A DNA stretch of 63,868 bases, filler included, from Actinomycetota bacterium (GTDB taxonomy: Bacteria; Actinomycetota; Acidimicrobiia; IMCC26256; VFJJ01), in the NCBI GenBank assembly GCA_009886115.1. It is 4 parts of 4 records of this genome, joined end to end, with 100 filler letters (N's around TTAATTAATTAA, not from the genome) between each part and the next. Parts side by side here need not be neighbours in the genome. Positions count along the whole stretch, not along the records: positions 58,671 to 63,868 come from VFJJ01000108.1; 3 more parts are not named here. One strand, 5' to 3'. How positions within the stretch are numbered: position 1 is the stretch's first letter; each line of letters begins with the position of its first letter. The notes under the pieces were generated by a model. It did not search any database and had not been told where the DNA came from. It saw only the letters and a program-made list of their open reading frames with translations. Shown here piece by piece: positions 59,303 to 63,868 of this stretch. Made by a program: the position numbers and the translations under genes.

Positions 59303-60619
59303 ATGCCCGAGACCGCCGACCAGATCAGCTTCTTCGATCCGGCAACCAACGACTGCCCGTACCCGGCGTACCAGACGTTGCGCGACGAGGCCCCCGTCTG
59401 GCAGGACCCGGCCACGGGCATGTTCGTGCTCACCCGCCACGAGGACATCCGCAACGCGCTCGTCGACACGGCCCGCTACACGAATCGGGTCGGCAGCGCT
59501 GCGGGCATGACCGAGAAGGCCGTGCGCCCGACCGACCCCGAAGAGATCCGCAAGATGGACGAGGCGGCGGCCACCGATCGGCACATCGCCCGGCTCTACG
59601 ACGAGCAGGGTTGGACGCCCACGGCCACGCTCGACGCCTACGACGGCGCCGAGCACGACCAGTTGCGGCGGATGTTCGACCATGCCTTCCGGCCCGGCCG
59701 CATCAAGCTGCTCGACCCGTACGTGGAAGGGCTCGCCCATCGCCTCATCGACGCCTTCATCGACGAGGGCCGCTGCGACTGGGTGCAGGCCTTCGCCATC
59801 CCGCTGCCGCTGTACACGATCGGCAAGCAGATGGGTGTGCCCGAAGGCGACATGATGCGCATCAAGGCCTGGACCGACGCCTGGGTGCAGCGGCTGGGCC
59901 TGATGCAGACCGACGAGGAGCGGGTCTGGTCGGTCGAGCAGGAGATCGAGGCCCAGCAGTACTTCCAGCCGATCTTCGAGCGTCTCCGCAAGGAGCCCGA
60001 GGAGACCGTGCTGAGCGACCTCGTGAACCGGGAGATCCCCGAGTGGGGCCGGCCGCTCAACGACAACGAGCTGCACTCCGAGATGATGGCCGACCTGTTC
60101 GTCGGGGGTTCGGAGACGACCACCAACGCGCTCTCGGCCGGAGTCCAGATCCTCATCGAGGAGCCGCACCTCTGGCAGGCGCTCAAGGCCGATCCCGAGA
60201 AGCACATCCCCGTGTTCATCGAGGAGGTCGTGCGCGTCGAGGGCCCGGTCCAGGGACTGCTGCGCGAGCTGGCCGTCGACGTCGAGCTGCACGGGGTGAC
60301 CATGCCGGCAGGCTCGATCGTCAACCTCCGTTTCGCGGCGGCGAATCGCGACGAGCGCGAGTTCCCCAACGCCGACAAGGTCGACCTCGATCGCCCGCGG
60401 GCCAAGAGCCACTTGGCCTACGGGTTTGGCAAGCATTTCTGCCTCGGAGCGCCGCTGGCTCGTCGTGAGCTCTACTGGGGTTTCAGGGCGCTCACCGACC
60501 GGGTCGAGTCGATGCGCTTCGTCGAGGGCGCCAACGATTTCGGCATCGCCCCGAGTTACTTCCTGCGTTCGCTCAAGGCGCTCCACATCGAAGTGACCCC
60601 CGTGGCGGCCAAGAGCTGA
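59303..60619 (+). CDS. Cytochrome P450
   Basis: GGSETT, EEVVR, AANRD, YGFGKHFCLG. Confidence 0.95.
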   Translation: MPETADQISFFDPATNDCPYPAYQTLRDEAPVWQDPATGMFVLTRHEDIRNALVDTARYTNRVGSAAGMTEKAVRPTDPEEIRKMDEAAATDRHIARLYDEQGWTPTATLDAYDGAEHDQLRRMFDHAFRPGRIKLLDPYVEGLAHRLIDAFIDEGRCDWVQAFAIPLPLYTIGKQMGVPEGDMMRIKAWTDAWVQRLGLMQTDEERVWSVEQEIEAQQYFQPIFERLRKEPEETVLSDLVNREIPEWGRPLNDNELHSEMMADLFVGGSETTTNALSAGVQILIEEPHLWQALKADPEKHIPVFIEEVVRVEGPVQGLLRELAVDVELHGVTMPAGSIVNLRFAAANRDEREFPNADKVDLDRPRAKSHLAYGFGKHFCLGAPLARRELYWGFRALTDRVESMRFVEGANDFGIAPSYFLRSLKALHIEVTPVAAKS

Positions 60620-60688
60620 TCGCCGGGCCGCGGACCGCGCCGCCAGGCGGGTCCGGCGCATCCGGACGCTCCTCGGTTACGTTCTGGC

Positions 60689-61423
60689 ATGCCGCGCGTC
60701 TACATCCACGAGCTCGTCTACGTCACCGGGCACAACCGGGCCAAGTACTTCCAGCACATCACGGCCAACTGGTCGCCGATCGGCCAGCACGAGCGGGGCC
60801 AGCAGTGCTTCGGGATCTGGGGAACGGTGGGCTCCACGGCGCGTTGGCCCGAGGTGGTGAACCTGTGGGAGTACCGCGACTGGGAGCACCTGGGCGAGAA
60901 CTTCCGCATCGAGTTCAACCATCCCACGCTGCAGGACCCGTCGTTGGCCGAGTGGTGGGCCGCGGCCGACACCCTGCGCAGCGGCGGATGGGACCGGGTG
61001 CTCGTGGCTGCCGACTTCAGCCCCTCGATCGCCGAGCTCACGGCCAACGGGGTGAACGGCGAGTTGTACCTGCACGAGATCTACGACGTGGAGCCGGGCA
61101 CGAGCCCGCGCTTGCTCGATGCCATCGCCGAGAAGGCGGTCCCGGCCTACGCGGCCCACGGGGCGACGTTGGTGGGCGCGTTCCGCACCGGGCTGGTCGA
61201 CGACCGTGAGTGCGTGTGCCTGTGGGCCCTGCCGAGCTGGTCGACGTGGGCCGCGTTCGAAGCCGCTCTCGACGCGGCGGCCGACCTGCGCGTGTGGCGC
61301 GCCCAGGCGCGAACGTGGGTCAGACGCACGCACCGCTTCCTGATGGTCGACGCGCCGCTCAGCCCGCTCCGCACCGGTCGCCAACCCCAGGAGTCGGATC
61401 GCGTCGCCCGGTTCGAGGCTTGA
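60689..61423 (+). CDS. NIPSNAP-like dimeric alpha/beta barrel protein
   Basis: Two repeats beginning VYIHE / LYLHE; GSTARWPEVVNLWE. Confidence 0.7.
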   Translation: MPRVYIHELVYVTGHNRAKYFQHITANWSPIGQHERGQQCFGIWGTVGSTARWPEVVNLWEYRDWEHLGENFRIEFNHPTLQDPSLAEWWAAADTLRSGGWDRVLVAADFSPSIAELTANGVNGELYLHEIYDVEPGTSPRLLDAIAEKAVPAYAAHGATLVGAFRTGLVDDRECVCLWALPSWSTWAAFEAALDAAADLRVWRAQARTWVRRTHRFLMVDAPLSPLRTGRQPQESDRVARFEA

Positions 61424-61499
61424 GTTTCACGACCGGGGAGGGCAACGTAGGCTTCAGCCGCAGGCCCGTTCCGTCCGTGTGCAGCGAGAGCAGGCAGCT

Positions 61500-62603
61500 A
61501 TGAAGGCATCCGTCGATCGGCTCATCTCATCCGACTCGCACGTGAACCCGCCCACCGAGATGTGGGAGCGGTACCTGCCCGAGGAGTTCCGCGATCGGGC
61601 ACCCCGGGTCGAACGCACCGACGAGGCCGACTACGAGGTCTTCGAGGGCCGCCGCAAGCCCATCGCCAGCCTCTCGTCGGTGGCCGGCCGCCGGCCCGAG
61701 GAGTACACCTCGGCGATCCGTCGCTTCAGCGAGGTGCGCCCCGGCGGGTGGGACCCGGCCGCTCGCCTGGAAGACCAGGATCTCGACGGCGTCTCGGCCG
61801 AGGTGCTCTTCGGCGCTGTCGGAGACGCTCCGTTGGCGAGCCAGGACCCTCGCCTCACCCGAGCCGGTTTCAGCGCCTACAACCGGTGGCTGGCCGACTT
61901 CTGCGCGCACGACCGATCCCGGCTCGTCGGTATCGCGGTGATCCCCTGCGACGATCCCGACGACGCCGTCGCCGAGGTTGGCGCCAGTGCCGCCTTGGGA
62001 TTGCGGGGAGCGATGATCCCGCACACGCCCGGCGTCGGCGAATGGCGCGACGACATGTGGACGCCGCTCTGGCGCGAGCTCGTCGCCCGGGGCTGGCCCG
62101 CGCACCTCCACGTGAGCGCCGGGACCAAGCGGTCGATCGCCCCCACGCCCGGGCGCGGCGACCTGTTCATGAACCATGTCGTGAGCACCAAGTTCGAGAT
62201 GCCCGTCACCTTGGGGCGCTTCGTGTTCGGGGGTGTGCTGGCGGCGAACCCGGAGCTTCGGCTGGTGTCGGTCGAGGCCCAGATCGGGTGGATCCCGTTC
62301 TGGAAGCACTACATCGACCACGTCTACGAGAAGCACCGCTACTGGACCGAGACCCACATGCCCGAGTTGCCGTCGGCCTACGTCGAGCGCCAGGTGTGGT
62401 TCACGTTCATGGAGGATCCCCACGGCATCGACAGCGTGCGGGCCTGCGGACCCGACCGCATCATGTGGTCGAGCGACTACCCGCACTCCGAGACCACCTG
62501 GCCCCACAGCCGCAAGATCGTGGGCGAGATCTTCGAGCGCATCCCCGCCGATCTCGTCCGCCGCATCGCCCACGACAACTGCGCCGACCTCTACGGTGTC
62601 TGA
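61500..62603 (+). CDS. Amidohydrolase 2 family protein
   Basis: ISSDSH, AYNRWLADFC, HLH, MWSSDYPH. Confidence 0.92.
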   Translation: MKASVDRLISSDSHVNPPTEMWERYLPEEFRDRAPRVERTDEADYEVFEGRRKPIASLSSVAGRRPEEYTSAIRRFSEVRPGGWDPAARLEDQDLDGVSAEVLFGAVGDAPLASQDPRLTRAGFSAYNRWLADFCAHDRSRLVGIAVIPCDDPDDAVAEVGASAALGLRGAMIPHTPGVGEWRDDMWTPLWRELVARGWPAHLHVSAGTKRSIAPTPGRGDLFMNHVVSTKFEMPVTLGRFVFGGVLAANPELRLVSVEAQIGWIPFWKHYIDHVYEKHRYWTETHMPELPSAYVERQVWFTFMEDPHGIDSVRACGPDRIMWSSDYPHSETTWPHSRKIVGEIFERIPADLVRRIAHDNCADLYGV

Positions 62604-62711
62604 CGCCGTGCCTCGCTCGTTGCGGGGCAATTGCGGTGGTGGGTCACCATGAGGAATGAGCGCTCGCGAGGTCGCGTTGATACTGTGCGCGCGCAAATAC
62701 GGGCGCAGGGT

Positions 62712-63531
62712 TGAAGTTCGAGCTTCGCGGCGTGGTCGGGCCCCGATCGGCTGAGCAGGTCGTCGAAGCCCGAGAAGTGCATGAACGCCACGGTGACTCG
62801 GCGGTGCTCGGGCTGGGCATCGGCGCCGGCGATCACCGAACGTTGGGCGACGGGCACGAGAGCGCTCAGGTCGGCCCGGGCGTCGTAGAACTCCACTCCA
62901 CTCCGCTGCGCTGGGCGCCGGTGATGACGCCGCGAAGCAGGTGGCCGGGGCCGATCGCTGCACCGAGGTTGCGAGGAGCGAGCGCGGACGCGGTCGCGTG
63001 GCTCACGACGATCTGCCCCGTGCTCGCAGCGCCCTCGACGGCCTCGGCCGCGGTGGCTGTGGGCCCGGCGATCATCAGCTCGCGATGCGATCCCCCGACG
63101 AGGAAGAAGTCGAAGTCGCCGCTGTGCACACCGGCGGTCATGCGTAGCGTGACCAGCCCGGCCTCGGTCGAGAACCGGCCGATCTCGCGCAGGGTCCGAC
63201 GCATCTCCAGCGCCGCAGCGGCTGCCCTGCGTTCGTGGTCGGGGCCCGAGAAGAACAGCAGGAGCGCGTCGCCGCCGAACTTGAGCAGCGTGGCCCCGTA
63301 GTCGTAGGCGTCGGCGAGCAGGCGACTGAAGCAGGTTCCGATCAGCTCGGTGACGTGCTCGGCGCCGACCTTGCCGAGCTTGCCCAGGCGTTCCGACATG
63401 GCCGTGAACCCGGAGATGTCGACGAACACGACCGAGCCCGCGATGCGACGGTGCAGCTCGTCGCTCATCGCCGAGTCGAGCCACTCGCGAGCGACCCGTG
63501 GGACGTACGGGGCGAGCGATCGGGCCGTCAT
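62712..63531 (-). pseudogene. Adenylate/guanylate cyclase (class III) pseudogene, frameshifted and truncated
   Basis: FVDISGFT, LKFGGDA, GVHSG; frame shifts at the GGAGT x3 repeat; second cyclase domain begins EHRRVTVAFMHFSG, then similarity stops. Confidence 0.8.
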
Positions 63532-63640
63532 CGTGTGAGCCGTCGGTGCCGGTCGCGACCCATGTCCTCCAGCCTACGACCGCTCCCGAGGCCCCCGACC
63601 GAGCCGCTCTGGCACCGCTGGTTCGCCACGGCCGGGAACG

Positions 63641-63675
63641 CGGGTCAGGGGCCCTTCGGGAGGGCCCCTGACCCG
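63641..63675 (-). terminator. Hairpin downstream of tRNA-Pro
   Basis: 15-bp arms CGGGTCAGGGGCCCT / AGGGCCCCTGACCCG. Confidence 0.7.
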
Positions 63676-63690
63676 GGTGTTCGTGGTGCT

Positions 63691-63767
63691 TGGTCGGGAC
63701 GGCGGGACTCGAACCCGCGACCTCAGCGTCCCGAACGCTGCGCGCTACCAAGCTGCGCTACGTCCCG
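63691..63767 (-). tRNA. tRNA-Pro (CGG)
   Basis: CGGGACGTAGCGCAGCTTGGTAGCGC...CAGCG-TTCGGGA-CGCTG...GGTTCGAGTCCC...CCA. Confidence 0.96.
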
Positions 63768-63830
63768 AGCGGTTCGTCAGTCTAGCGGCTGGCGTCCGGC
63801 TCCCCTCGGCTGGGTAGGCTTCCGCTCATC

Positions 63831-63868
63831 ATGCGCATAGGTCTGATCTGTCCGCCGTGGCTCGCGGT
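63831..63868 (+). CDS. Probable GT4 glycosyltransferase, N-terminus only
   Basis: MRIGLICPPWLA matches the usual GT4 start; only 12 codons visible. Confidence 0.5.
   Translation, partial: MRIGLICPPWLA

Overview
High-GC actinobacterial DNA, most consistent with an Acidimicrobiia genome or MAG (inferred from gene content: F420 LLM oxidoreductase, MMPL, several P450s, 'DGGxFxFGDA' surface-repeat proteins). The window is four contigs joined by artificial 100-bp linkers (N44-TTAATTAATTAA-N44 at 30392, 49075 and 58571), so adjacency across these joins is not biological. It holds about 55 mostly metabolic CDSs (acyl-CoA and lipid catabolism, CoA-transferases, three P450s, ABC transporters, selD, rmlC, ccdA, one two-component system), tRNA-fMet(CAT), tRNA-Pro(CGG) and two apparent pseudogenes. 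No CRISPR array, rRNA, intact transposase or integrase was seen. Most notable signal: a shared sigma-28 (FliA/WhiG)-like promoter, (C/T)TCA-N16/17-GCCG(A/T)N, sits upstream of four unlinked genes. These are an orphan CheC/FliY-type phosphatase, two paralogous secreted beta-propeller proteins, and an SMC/YhaN-like membrane coiled-coil protein with a dead Walker A, which suggests an uncharacterised surface/motility regulon. Other highlights: a carboxylesterase-thioredoxin fusion beside a selD operon, a CBS-citrate synthase fusion, a pair of 47-bp covarying REP-like palindromes, and several probable pseudo-enzymes. All calls come from reading motifs by eye; no database search was run.
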